This document shows positions 49,253 to 59,045 of a stretch of 64,000 nucleotides of DNA, one piece after another. The stretch comes from Spirochaetota bacterium (GTDB lineage: Bacteria; Spirochaetota; UBA12135; COTS27; CBDBHE01). Each line of letters begins with the position of its first letter. Within the stretch, counting starts at the first letter, position 1. The notes under the pieces were generated by a model. It did no database searches. It had not been told where the DNA came from and saw only the letters and a list, made by a program, of their open reading frames with translations. The DNA is taken from positions 192,001-256,000 of the forward strand of contig CBDBHE010000006.1 in the NCBI GenBank assembly GCA_965205605.1. Reading direction: 5' to 3'. The translations under genes were made by a program, and so were the position numbers.

Positions 49253-49990
49253 TTAAGGAATTAAAAAGCCATATTTTTTAAAAATATTTTGACTTGTTTT
49301 TGAAACAATGAAATTTAAAAAAGCATGACTATTTTCATTGATGTTTTTTTTTTGGATAAGAGCTATAGAATAAGCAATTTCTACTTTGGGGTTATTTTTA
49401 AATTGATAAATTGTTTTTATGGATGGTTCTAAAAAAATATCGCTTTGATAACAAATCCCTACAGGAGTGTTTTTTAATTTTACAGCAAGGATTACATTTC
49501 TGGCATTTAAAGTAAGAATCATTTTTTTTTTTAAACTACCCCAAAGACTTAAATGATTTAATATTTTTTTGGTATAATCTCCACAAGGAGAAAAATGATA
49601 ATTAGCAATCGCTATTTTATTAATGAAAGCATCTAAAAGAAAAGCAGGACTTGTTTGTTGGCCCATCATATTTTTAATTGTGATAATAACGAGTTTGTTT
49701 TTTAAGATTTTTTTTTTAGTGTTTTTTATGATTCTGTTTTCAAGGATAGAAAACGGTTTTTCACCTGCAGAAATAAAAAGATCTACAGGAGCACCTGTTT
49801 TAATTTGTTTTGCTAAAATACCCGAAGCTTGAAAATGATAATTAATGGTAATTTGATTCGTTTTCTCGTAAATTTTTTTGACTTCCTCTAAGGCTTCTGT
49901 AAGGCTAATTGCAGCATAAATCAAGATTTTTTCTTTGGGGAAAATAGAAGAAAAAGTAAAAAAAATGATTAAAAATGTTTTTTGAAACAA
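49253..49990 (-). CDS. modA: Molybdate ABC transporter substrate-binding protein
   Basis: YAAISL, ASG.LA.QI..GAP.DLFISA, P.G.Y and Y.SD motifs. Confidence 0.88.
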   Translation of the reverse strand: MFQKTFLIIFFTFSSIFPKEKILIYAAISLTEALEEVKKIYEKTNQITINYHFQASGILAKQIKTGAPVDLFISAGEKPFSILENRIIKNTKKKILKNKLVIITIKNMMGQQTSPAFLLDAFINKIAIANYHFSPCGDYTKKILNHLSLWGSLKKKMILTLNARNVILAVKLKNTPVGICYQSDIFLEPSIKTIYQFKNNPKVEIAYSIALIQKKNINENSHAFLNFIVSKTSQNIFKKYGFLIP

Positions 49991-50030
49991 TTTTTATTTA
50001 TATAAGATTTGTCTTATCTTTTTGTAAGGA

Positions 50031-51065
50031 TTAATTATTGAGCTTAATACCAACAGAGAGATTAAAACGATAATTTAGTGTATTTTCAAAATTTTTAAAT
50101 GTATCAACAGTCCTGATATTACTTCCGAAATGAAACTTATAATAAGTTAAGACAATCCCGCCTTCTGTAATCAGTAAAAGCCCTTCTTGATAAGATCCAT
50201 TAAAAAAATTTTTTAAACCAAGACCCAGTCCAAAATAAGAATAAACTTCTATATTTTCTTTACTGTAAACGGGTATAATAATGTCACTAGTAGTAGATAA
50301 AATATAATCAACCGATTTGGCATGATAAAGTGTTGTTTCTAAGTTTTCATTGATTTCATAAGTAGGTCGATAATACAAAATAGATCCTATAGAAAAACGT
50401 AATCCTGTAAAAAAAGGTTTGATTCGAATGAGAAGATCCAAACTATCAATGGAAAGACCAAAATAATTGTTTTCTGTAGTTGTTCCTGAGAAGATATTAA
50501 AAGGAGGAACTACTTTTTCCCCTTCACTAATCTCTAAAAGACCACTATTCCCAATAGGCATCACAGCAAATCCTCCATTAATTAAAAGACTGCTTTCTAT
50601 AAGATTGCCTTTTTGATTTCTAAAAAATTTCTTTTTATTAATGAATTCTAATCCTTTTGTTTGTTTTAGGAGTCTTTTTGTTGATGCAAGAAAATATCCT
50701 TTTTTTAAAACAGATATCTCTCCTTTCCATACGCTTTTTAAAATAAGCTTGTCCTTTTCTATTTTTACTAAATGAACACTGTCAATAAAGCCGATGTAAA
50801 CCGAACGTTTATTGATCATTTCTTTATTGGCATAAACATCAAAAATTTCTCTTTTTTTATAAGATTGTGATTTTCCTTTTGTTGCATAAATAAGGTCGTT
50901 TTGTATGTCTTCAATAATGATATCTCCAAAAATCAATGAAGTGATTGTTGAAATAAAAAAAATAAAAATAACTTTTATTTTCAATTTTTTTTTATAAAAT
51001 AAATTCATTGTCTGAAAGAGCTTTGACTTCATAAAGGTAATCTTTTTTTTGTTTTTTTTTGTCAA
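50031..51065 (-). CDS. Hypothetical exported protein, possible C-terminal beta-barrel
   Basis: Signal-like segment (true start probably near 51008); alternating hydrophobic beta-strands ending in YRFNLSVGIKL. Confidence 0.55.
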   Translation of the reverse strand: MTKKNKKKITFMKSKLFQTMNLFYKKKLKIKVIFIFFISTITSLIFGDIIIEDIQNDLIYATKGKSQSYKKREIFDVYANKEMINKRSVYIGFIDSVHLVKIEKDKLILKSVWKGEISVLKKGYFLASTKRLLKQTKGLEFINKKKFFRNQKGNLIESSLLINGGFAVMPIGNSGLLEISEGEKVVPPFNIFSGTTTENNYFGLSIDSLDLLIRIKPFFTGLRFSIGSILYYRPTYEINENLETTLYHAKSVDYILSTTSDIIIPVYSKENIEVYSYFGLGLGLKNFFNGSYQEGLLLITEGGIVLTYYKFHFGSNIRTVDTFKNFENTLNYRFNLSVGIKLNN

Positions 51066-52107
51066 GCTCCTTTTTCCCTTTTTTAATAGGGAGATGAATT
51101 ATTTTTAATAAGTTTTGTTTATTATTAACCTTATTTTCAATAATACCCAAGAGGTCTTCTTTCTCCACGCCTTTTTTATGAAGGGAAGAAGTTTTTTTGA
51201 TTTTGGTTACTTTAAATAAGTTAATTATTTTTTTTTCAAATGTGTAATTTTTTTTAATAGGTTTTAAAGCAATTCCAAAAAAAGGATAAAAAGTTTCTAT
51301 TTTGGGTGTCTTTGGATTTGTAATTAAGGTTGTGTAAAGAGGGGAAGAAGGTCTTTTATTTAAAACAATATAGTAATTTTTTTTTTTAAGATTGGATTCA
51401 AATTCAAGTAAAATTGCATTTCCTGCTTGTAAATTATTAATAATATAATTTGCTTTTTTGATACTATTAATAGGAATATGATTAATTTTGATTAAAAAGT
51501 CTCCTTGATAAACGTCTTGATTGTGAATAATTGAAGAAGGGAAGACATAATCTATTTCAAGTTTTTTTTCGCTAGTAAAATTTATTAAAAGACCAATCCA
51601 TGGTCGATTAATGACAATACTTTTATTACTTGAGTCTGGGTTAAAGGGAAGAAGCAATTCTTCATCAGTATCAGTGACGATTTTGTTATATCGATTAATT
51701 GTTTGTCTAATGTATTTTTGTTTTGAAATTAAAAGATTATTAAGATAAAAAAGACTATTAGTGTAGTCTTTTTTATTAAAAAAATGATAAAAAAATTGCT
51801 TTTGTTCAAATAAAAATTCATTAATAGCATGATCGATTTTTTTAGGTTGAAATTGTTTATTTTTATTCACGAATTCAAAGAATTCGTGATAAGTTTCTTT
51901 TTTAAGAAACGTTGTAACTTGTGTTTTGTTAGGTTTTTTAATAAGAAGAGGAGCTGTATTTTTTACTTTTTTTTTACTTTTTTTATTATTCGAAAATGAA
52001 GGAATGATTAAAATTGTTCCGAGAATTAAAATGTAATAAAACCATTTTTTTAATAAAAATATTTTTATTTTTGAAAAATTTTTATTGAATGTAATAATTA
52101 ATTTCAT
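50992..52107 (-). CDS. PDZ domain-containing protein
   Basis: PWIGL...V...S......GDFLIKIN and a second PFFGI...GVEKEDLL segment; N-terminal TM or signal peptide. Confidence 0.6.
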   Translation of the reverse strand: MKLIITFNKNFSKIKIFLLKKWFYYILILGTILIIPSFSNNKKSKKKVKNTAPLLIKKPNKTQVTTFLKKETYHEFFEFVNKNKQFQPKKIDHAINEFLFEQKQFFYHFFNKKDYTNSLFYLNNLLISKQKYIRQTINRYNKIVTDTDEELLLPFNPDSSNKSIVINRPWIGLLINFTSEKKLEIDYVFPSSIIHNQDVYQGDFLIKINHIPINSIKKANYIINNLQAGNAILLEFESNLKKKNYYIVLNKRPSSPLYTTLITNPKTPKIETFYPFFGIALKPIKKNYTFEKKIINLFKVTKIKKTSSLHKKGVEKEDLLGIIENKVNNKQNLLKIIHLPIKKGKKELDKKKQKKDYLYEVKALSDNEFIL

Positions 52108-52130
52108 TATAATATTTCTATAGTTTAAAT

Positions 52131-52445
52131 ATGTTTTTTTTTCAATTTTTATTTTTTATCGTTTTTTATTTATTTATTATCATCGGTTGTGGGCTTGAGA
52201 AGATTGAATTTGAAGATGAGTCTATTACTTTATTTGAAAATGAAACGAGGGTTCTTAAATATCGAGAAGTTGGTCTTAAAAGAATTAATGAACAAGTTTT
52301 TTTTAGCTCAGATGATGAAGAGATTGTCAAAGTGACAGAAGGTGGAAGAGTTGTAGGAAAAGGAGTGGGGGAAGCGAAAGTTTCTGCTTTTTCTAGTTAT
52401 AATGTAGAAATTAAAGACATGATCAGTATTCGTGTTACAAATTAA
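52131..52445 (+). CDS. Small lipoprotein with a bacterial Ig-like (Big_2) domain
   Basis: Lipobox IIGC; FSSDDEEIVKVTEGGRVVGKGVGEAKVS is a Big_2 pattern. Confidence 0.75.
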   Translation: MFFFQFLFFIVFYLFIIIGCGLEKIEFEDESITLFENETRVLKYREVGLKRINEQVFFSSDDEEIVKVTEGGRVVGKGVGEAKVSAFSSYNVEIKDMISIRVTN

Positions 52446-52492
52446 TATTAAATTGGAGTTTAAACATTTAATTATTTTTAATTTTTTCAAAG

Positions 52493-53587
52493 ATGCTCTT
52501 TGAAAACAAGTCGGTTTTTCGTCTTGTTAAGCGACATCAATATATTGATGATTGGTTTCCTTTTCGCTATTCTTTAGATTTAGAAAGTGGTTGTGCTTAC
52601 AAATGTGTTTTTTGTCGTGTTAATTGGCGTGAAGAAAAAACGCTTATTAAAAAAGAGAATGCTTTAGAGATTTTTGAAAAAGAAGTTAAAGGGATTCCTA
52701 AAAATCAATTAATTGGGTTAGGAGGTGGTTATAATGAACTTTTTTCAAAGCCACTTGATAATAGTAGTTTTAGTAAACGCTTTATTCATCTTTTGATCAA
52801 AAACGAATTAACTCCTTTCATTTTAACACGTAGCCAAGGAGTTTCTATTTTACTTTCCACAGCACAACTTTTTTCTAAAGAACAATTGCCTGTTATTGCG
52901 ATGAGTATTTCTTCTGTTGATAATGCCTCTTCGCAATTAATTGAGCCTGATAGCTGTTTACCTAGTGAACGTTTAGAAGCTTTGATAAAACTTGTTGAGG
53001 AAGGATTTAAAATAGGCATTTGTTATATGCCTGTGATTCCTTTTTTTAATGACTCAAAAGAAGAAATTGAAATTACGGTTGTAAAAGCAAAGGAAATTAA
53101 AAGTTCGTTTATTTTATTTAATATGTTGGATAAAGAAGCTCTTTTGTACTTATGGGAGCGTGATTTTTTTTCTAAAAATAAAACGCAACGTCAAAAGGTA
53201 AAAGAACTTTTAGACGAAAAAGAAACTTTGAAAGCTTATTACTTGGAGAAGGAATTTTTTTTTATTGAATGCTGTAAAAAACATAAAATACTCCCTAGAA
53301 TTGAACGTTCTCTTTTTTCTGGAAAAATTTCGCTTAAAGATGAAATTACGGTTGTTTTAGCAAGACTTTATTATTATTTTTTTTATCTCAAGACGAAGAA
53401 AGATGGGTTTCGTTTTGCAGCTTATTCTTTAAATAAGTTAAGTGAAGAGGAATTTGAAAAGCATTTAAAAAATTATTCTTTAGATCAGTTAAGTGGTTTT
53501 GGAAAATATATTAGTGAAATTGTTTATAAAATGGTGTATCAAAAAAATTTTGATTATTATGAAAAAAATATAAATGCTTTTTTTTAA
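52493..53587 (+). CDS. Radical SAM protein (SPL/Rv2578c-like) with C-terminal helix-hairpin-helix domain
   Basis: GCAYKCVFC (CX3CX2C), ILTRS, IEP....SERL, MPVIPF.ND; C-terminal FRFAAYSL...LDQLSGFGKYISEI. Confidence 0.8.
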   Translation: MLFENKSVFRLVKRHQYIDDWFPFRYSLDLESGCAYKCVFCRVNWREEKTLIKKENALEIFEKEVKGIPKNQLIGLGGGYNELFSKPLDNSSFSKRFIHLLIKNELTPFILTRSQGVSILLSTAQLFSKEQLPVIAMSISSVDNASSQLIEPDSCLPSERLEALIKLVEEGFKIGICYMPVIPFFNDSKEEIEITVVKAKEIKSSFILFNMLDKEALLYLWERDFFSKNKTQRQKVKELLDEKETLKAYYLEKEFFFIECCKKHKILPRIERSLFSGKISLKDEITVVLARLYYYFFYLKTKKDGFRFAAYSLNKLSEEEFEKHLKNYSLDQLSGFGKYISEIVYKMVYQKNFDYYEKNINAFF

Positions 53588-53683
53588 TTTTTTATTTTTG
53601 TTTAATTAACTATAATTATACTAAGAGTTTTAAGACTTGAGTTTTTATTAATTTTAAAAACATCAAAAAAGGAATTATAAAAA

Positions 53684-54976
53684 ATGAAAGAAAAAATAGC
53701 GATTATTAATGGGGTAAGGACTCCTATGGGAAAAGCGGGTAGTATGTTAAAAAATATACCCGCGGATGTCTTAGGAGCGTATGCTCTTAAAGAAGTTCTT
53801 CGGATTTCTAATGTTTCTTCTAATCAAATTGATGAAGTTATTTTTGGGAATGTAGCTCAACCACATAATGCAGCTAATATTGCTAGAGTGATTGCTTTAA
53901 AATCAGCTTTACCAATAGAGGTACCGGCTTATACGGTGCACCGCAACTGTGCTTCTGGAATGGAAGCCATTACTTCAGCGGCTGATAAGATTATAGCAGG
54001 TCGTTCAAGGATTTTAGCGGTTGGAGGGAGTGAATCGATGAGTCATATTCCTCTTTTATTTGGAGAAGAGATGAGTTTTTTTTTTGAAAAACTAATTCGA
54101 GCGAAAACATTTAGCCGTAAATTGCTGACGTTTTTTAGTTTTCGTTTGAGTCATTTGAAGCCTGTTGTTGGGCTTGTTGAAGGATTAACCGACCCTGTTT
54201 GTGGGATGATTATGGGAATGACGGCTGAAGTGTTAGCAAAAGAGTTTAAGATTTCTAGAGTAGAGCAAGATCAATATGCGCTGAGGAGTCATCAAAGAGC
54301 TTGTAATGCGATTGAAAAAAATATTTTTAAAGAAGAAATAGTGCCTGTTTATGATCCTAAAGATTATTCTAAAGTTTTAAGTATCGATGAAGGTCCAAGA
54401 AAAGAACAGTCAAGAGAATCTCTTGAAAAATTAAGACCATATTTTGATAGAAAAAATGGGACAGTGACAATTGGTAATTCTTGTCCTGTTAGTGATGGAG
54501 CTTGTGCGTTAGTTTTGATGAGTGAGAAAAGAGCGAAAAGTATGAAATTAAAACCTTTGGGGTATCTTAGAGACTATGCTTACGTTTCTTTGGATCCTCA
54601 TAGAATGGGACTAGGTCCTGTGTATGCAACCAATAAATTATTAAATCAAACAGGTGGAGCAATGAAGGATTTTGATTTAATTGAGATGAATGAAGCGTTT
54701 GCTGCTCAAGTGATTGCAAATGAAAAAGCTTTTGATTCGAGCTTGTTTGCAAAAAAATATTTAGATAAAAGTAAAGCCTTAGGAGCTTTAAATAGAAATC
54801 GTATCAATGTTAATGGAGGGGCGATTGCTTTAGGTCATCCTGTAGGAATGACAGGTGCTAGGTTGGTACTTCACCTTTTAAAAGAGCTTAAAAGAAAAAA
54901 GAAGTCAAGAGGGCTTGCAACTCTTTGTGTAGGTGGTGGACAAGGAGCTGCTTTAGATTTAGAAGTAGCAGCATGA
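53684..54976 (+). CDS. Acetyl-CoA C-acyltransferase (thiolase, FadA/FadI-like)
   Basis: NCASG, NEAFAAQ, GGAIALGHP and CVGGGQG motifs; AAGGA Shine-Dalgarno. Confidence 0.93.
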   Translation: MKEKIAIINGVRTPMGKAGSMLKNIPADVLGAYALKEVLRISNVSSNQIDEVIFGNVAQPHNAANIARVIALKSALPIEVPAYTVHRNCASGMEAITSAADKIIAGRSRILAVGGSESMSHIPLLFGEEMSFFFEKLIRAKTFSRKLLTFFSFRLSHLKPVVGLVEGLTDPVCGMIMGMTAEVLAKEFKISRVEQDQYALRSHQRACNAIEKNIFKEEIVPVYDPKDYSKVLSIDEGPRKEQSRESLEKLRPYFDRKNGTVTIGNSCPVSDGACALVLMSEKRAKSMKLKPLGYLRDYAYVSLDPHRMGLGPVYATNKLLNQTGGAMKDFDLIEMNEAFAAQVIANEKAFDSSLFAKKYLDKSKALGALNRNRINVNGGAIALGHPVGMTGARLVLHLLKELKRKKKSRGLATLCVGGGQGAALDLEVAA

Positions 54977-57102
54977 TAAAACTTAAAACTGAAAAACAAG
55001 GCATTAAAAGACTTGTTTTTGATCTTCAAAATGAAAAAGTTAATAAGCTTAGTTTAAAAGTCCTTTTAAAGCTTGATGAAACACTTGATCAGTTATCAAA
55101 AAATAAGGAAACAAAGTTACTAACTATTGAGAGTGGTAAAGAAAAAATCTTTATTGCTGGTGCAGATATTAGTGAAATCCAAAGTATTCAAAATCCAAAA
55201 GAAGCTGAAGAAAAATCAAAACAAGGTCAAGAAATTTTATCTAAAATAGAAAATTTACCTTTTTCAACGGTTGCTGTTATTCATGGGGCTTGTTTAGGAG
55301 GTGGTCTTGAGCTTGCTTTGTGTTGTGATTATCGAGTGGTTACTGATGCGGCTGAAACAAAGATAGGTCTACCTGAAGTTAATCTTGGTATTATTCCTGG
55401 ATTTGGAGGTTGTTACCGATTGCCTAAAGTGATCGGTTTAGAGAAATCTTTGGAAATGATCACTACAGGTAAAATCATTGATGGTCGTAAAGCTTTTAAA
55501 ATAGGTTTGGCGGATGCTTGTTATCACGTAGAGTATTTGGAAATGTTTCTCCCTTCTTTTTTAGAAAAAATTAAAAACTCTAAAAAGAAAAAAAAGAAAC
55601 CTTCTTTTTTAATGCGTCAGTTTTTATTAGAAAAAAATATTTTTGGAAGAAAACTTCTTTTTTCTATGGCAAAATCTCAGCTTTTAAAAAAGACAAAAGG
55701 CTTTTATCCCGCTCCTCTTAAGGCGATCCAGGCGATTTCAAAAATTCAGGGCAAAAGAAGAAAAAAAGCTCTTAAAATAGAAAGAAAAATTTTTTCTATT
55801 TTAGCAACAACTGAAATTAGCAAAAATCTTATTAATCTTTTTTACACTTCTGAAGCCTTAAAAAAAGATACAGGTGTTAATAAAAAAAATAACGTGTCTC
55901 CAAAAAAAATCAATACCTTAGGTGTTTTGGGAGCAGGAATTATGGGAGGGGGAATTGCTTGGCTTTTTAGTTATAAAGATTTTCGAGTATTGATGAAAGA
56001 TATGGTTTTAGAATTTCTACAAAAAGGATTTGATTCTTGTTATAAAATTTACAAAAATTTATATAAAAGGAGAAAAATTACTTCTAGAGAGATTGAGCTT
56101 AAAATGCTTAAAATTAATGGAGTGCTAGATTATCAAGGAATGGATAAAGCAGAGGTGATTGTTGAAGCTATTGTGGAAGATCTTCAAATTAAAAATAAAG
56201 TTTTTAAAGAACTTGAAACTCATATTTCAAAAGAAGCCATTGTCGCTAGTAACACCTCTTCGCTTTCTATTACCGAAATGGCAAAAGCTTTTAAGGCACC
56301 AAAACGATTTTTAGGAATGCACTTTTTTAACCCTGTTAATCGGATGCTTTTAGTTGAAATTATTGCTGGAAAAGAAACAAGCGATCAAGCCATTGTTACC
56401 CTTGTTTTTCTTTCAAAGAAGCTTGGAAAAGTGCCTGTTGTTGTTAAAGATTGCCCTGGTTTTTTAGTTAATCGAATTTTATTTCCTTATCTAAACGAAG
56501 CCTTATATCTTTTGATAGAAGGTTGCCCTATAGAAAAAATTGATCAAGCGATTGTTTCTTATGGGATGCCAATGGGACCGTTGACTCTTTTAGATGAAGT
56601 GGGTCTTGATACAGCTAATAAAGTAGGGAAAATTTTAGAAAATGGTTATGGAAAGAGAATGGAAGCGTCGATCTTTTTAAAAGAAATGGTTGAAGAAAAA
56701 AAATTACTTGGAAAAAAAAATAAAAAAGGTTTTTATCTCTATGAATCAAAAAACCCTTTGGTTAATTCTGAAATTTTTAAAATCGTTAAGCGTTATAGAA
56801 AAAGTAAAAAGAAAAACTTTTCTTCTGAAGAAATTGTAGAACGATGTTTTTTAGCGATGATTAATGAATCAGCTAAGTGTTTAGAAGAAGGCATTATTTC
56901 AAAAGCTTGTTATTTGGATATGGCAACGATTATGGGTATTGGTTTTCCTCCATTTAGAGGAGGGATTCTTCGGTATGCTGATGCTTTTGGAATTGAAAAA
57001 ATTTCTAAAAGGCTTACTTTTTTTTATGATACTTATGGTAAACGTTATGAAGTAGCTCGTTTGCTTTTAGAGATGTCAGCGAAAAAAAAGAAATTTTATT
57101 AA
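54973..57102 (+). CDS. Fatty acid oxidation complex alpha subunit (enoyl-CoA hydratase/3-hydroxyacyl-CoA dehydrogenase, FadJ/FadB-like)
   Basis: FIAGADI, GGGLELAL, LPEV.LG, GAGIMGGG, SNTSS and HFFNP motifs. The start at 54973 is an ATGA overlap with the thiolase stop. Confidence 0.93.
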   Translation: MIKLKTEKQGIKRLVFDLQNEKVNKLSLKVLLKLDETLDQLSKNKETKLLTIESGKEKIFIAGADISEIQSIQNPKEAEEKSKQGQEILSKIENLPFSTVAVIHGACLGGGLELALCCDYRVVTDAAETKIGLPEVNLGIIPGFGGCYRLPKVIGLEKSLEMITTGKIIDGRKAFKIGLADACYHVEYLEMFLPSFLEKIKNSKKKKKKPSFLMRQFLLEKNIFGRKLLFSMAKSQLLKKTKGFYPAPLKAIQAISKIQGKRRKKALKIERKIFSILATTEISKNLINLFYTSEALKKDTGVNKKNNVSPKKINTLGVLGAGIMGGGIAWLFSYKDFRVLMKDMVLEFLQKGFDSCYKIYKNLYKRRKITSREIELKMLKINGVLDYQGMDKAEVIVEAIVEDLQIKNKVFKELETHISKEAIVASNTSSLSITEMAKAFKAPKRFLGMHFFNPVNRMLLVEIIAGKETSDQAIVTLVFLSKKLGKVPVVVKDCPGFLVNRILFPYLNEALYLLIEGCPIEKIDQAIVSYGMPMGPLTLLDEVGLDTANKVGKILENGYGKRMEASIFLKEMVEEKKLLGKKNKKGFYLYESKNPLVNSEIFKIVKRYRKSKKKNFSSEEIVERCFLAMINESAKCLEEGIISKACYLDMATIMGIGFPPFRGGILRYADAFGIEKISKRLTFFYDTYGKRYEVARLLLEMSAKKKKFY

Positions 57103-57123
57103 ATTATAAAAAAGGAAATTAAA

Positions 57124-59007
57124 GTGAAAAAAATTAAATCATTAGATCAAAAGCAGATCGATGAAAAAAAAGAAGCCATGGATATTGCTGAAGATTCACG
57201 TCAAAAAGATTGGCATTACCCTAGTTTTATGGCAGAGCTTTTTAAAGGTAATTTTAGATGGGATTTAATGTGCTCGTATCCAAAGCAAGATCCAAAAGAT
57301 AAAAAAGAAGGCGATCTCTTTATTGTTAAGCTTGAAAAATGTCTTAAAAAAAATATTGATCCTGCAGAAGTGGATAAAAATGGAAAATTACCCCCCCAAG
57401 CCCTTAAAGAACTTGCTAAAATAGGGGCTTTTGGGATGAAAATTTCAAAAACTTATGGAGGACTTGGACTTTCGGTGGTTAATTATACTAGAGCCGTTGC
57501 TTTTACTAGTACTTATTGTGCTTCGACAGCGGTTTGGCTTTCTGCTCACCAAAGTATTGGAGTCCCTCAGCCACTGAAGCTTTTTGGTACAGCAGCTCAA
57601 AAGAAAAAATACTTGCCTCAATTTGCAAAAGGAGCTATTTCTGCTTTTGCTCTCACAGAACCAAATGTTGGTTCTGATCCTGCAAAGATGATGACAACAG
57701 CAAAGTTTTCAAAAGATGACAAATTTTATCTTTTAAATGGTATTAAGCAGTGGTGTACCAATGGGCCTTCGGCAGATATTATTATTGTGATGGCTTTAAC
57801 AGCTCCTAAGATTATTAGAGGAAAGGAAAAAAAGCAAATCTCTGCTTTTATTGTTGAAACAAAAACACCTGGTTTTAAAGTGCTGCATCGATGTCAGTTT
57901 ATGGGGATACGGGGTATTTCTAATGGGCTTTTAAGTTTTAAAAATGTTAAAGTCCCTGTTGAAAACCGAATTGGAAAAGAAGGAGAAGGGCTTAAAATAT
58001 CCTTTGTTACTTTAAATGCAGGTCGATTGGCTATTCCTGCTTGTTCAGCAGCAGCTGGAAAATGGTGTATGAATGTTAGTCGTAATTGGGCAAACAATCG
58101 CGTCCAGTGGGGGAATCCTATTGGAAAACACCAGGCAATAGCTAAGAAATTAGCTAATATGTCAGCGGATACGTTTGCGATGGAAAGTATGGCGTTTTGG
58201 ACTGCTTTTATGGCAGATAAAGAAAAGGTAGATATTCGTCTTGAGGCCGCTTGTGCCAAATATTATGCTTCTGAAGCCGCTTGGAATATTGTAGATGAAA
58301 CACTTCAAATTAGAGGTGGCAGGGGATTTGAAACAGACTCTTCTCTTAAAGCAAGAGGTGAGGAAGGGATCCCTGTTGAGCGTGTTTTAAGAGACATTCG
58401 TATTAATCGTATTATTGAAGGGACTAGTGAAATTATGCAACTTTTTATTGCAAGAGAAGCAGTTGATATGCATTTCCGTATGGCAAAACCTCTTTTAACC
58501 CCTCACAATGTTTTTAGCTCTAAAATCACCGCACTCATTAAGATGGGGTTCTTTTATTTTTTCTGGTATCCAAGACAATGGATCTGTCTTCCTTTTTTTA
58601 AGAGAGTAAAAATGCTTAATGGAGAAAACAAAAAACATTTGTCTTATATCAAAAAAATATCAAAAAAGTTGGCTAAAAGTGTTTTTCATTCAATGGTTCG
58701 CTTTGGTCCTTCTTTAGAACGTCAACAACTCATCTTAGCTAATCATGTCGATATAGGCGTGAATCTTTTTACAATGGCAACCATGCTTTCAAAAACCGAG
58801 TATGAATGCCATCAGCAAAAAAAAAATAAACAAAGTATCCAGTCTCTTTGTGATTTTTACTGTATCAATGCAAGAGAGAGAATCAAAAATAGTTTTCATC
58901 AAATTCGATTTAAAAATTATAAGAAAATGGAAAAAGTGAACCATTCTTTCTTAAAAGGAGATTTTAAGTGGCTAGAAGAAGGTATTTTAAAATATAGCTC
59001 TAAATAA
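57124..59007 (+). CDS. Acyl-CoA dehydrogenase (VLCAD-like)
   Basis: AHQSIG, FALTEP..GSD, W.TNG, R.QWG..IG and RINRIIEGTSEI motifs; C-terminal extension. Confidence 0.92.
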   Translation: MKKIKSLDQKQIDEKKEAMDIAEDSRQKDWHYPSFMAELFKGNFRWDLMCSYPKQDPKDKKEGDLFIVKLEKCLKKNIDPAEVDKNGKLPPQALKELAKIGAFGMKISKTYGGLGLSVVNYTRAVAFTSTYCASTAVWLSAHQSIGVPQPLKLFGTAAQKKKYLPQFAKGAISAFALTEPNVGSDPAKMMTTAKFSKDDKFYLLNGIKQWCTNGPSADIIIVMALTAPKIIRGKEKKQISAFIVETKTPGFKVLHRCQFMGIRGISNGLLSFKNVKVPVENRIGKEGEGLKISFVTLNAGRLAIPACSAAAGKWCMNVSRNWANNRVQWGNPIGKHQAIAKKLANMSADTFAMESMAFWTAFMADKEKVDIRLEAACAKYYASEAAWNIVDETLQIRGGRGFETDSSLKARGEEGIPVERVLRDIRINRIIEGTSEIMQLFIAREAVDMHFRMAKPLLTPHNVFSSKITALIKMGFFYFFWYPRQWICLPFFKRVKMLNGENKKHLSYIKKISKKLAKSVFHSMVRFGPSLERQQLILANHVDIGVNLFTMATMLSKTEYECHQQKKNKQSIQSLCDFYCINARERIKNSFHQIRFKNYKKMEKVNHSFLKGDFKWLEEGILKYSSK

Positions 59008-59045
59008 TAAAAAAACAAATATCTTTTAAGTGATAAATAATTAAT

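Noticed and set aside
54925-54972. N-terminal extensions given by the ORF track for the FadJ-like gene, infB, gcvH, the GldA-like ATPase and the GT4
   Set aside because: Downstream starts fit homology, Shine-Dalgarno position or ATGA coupling better.
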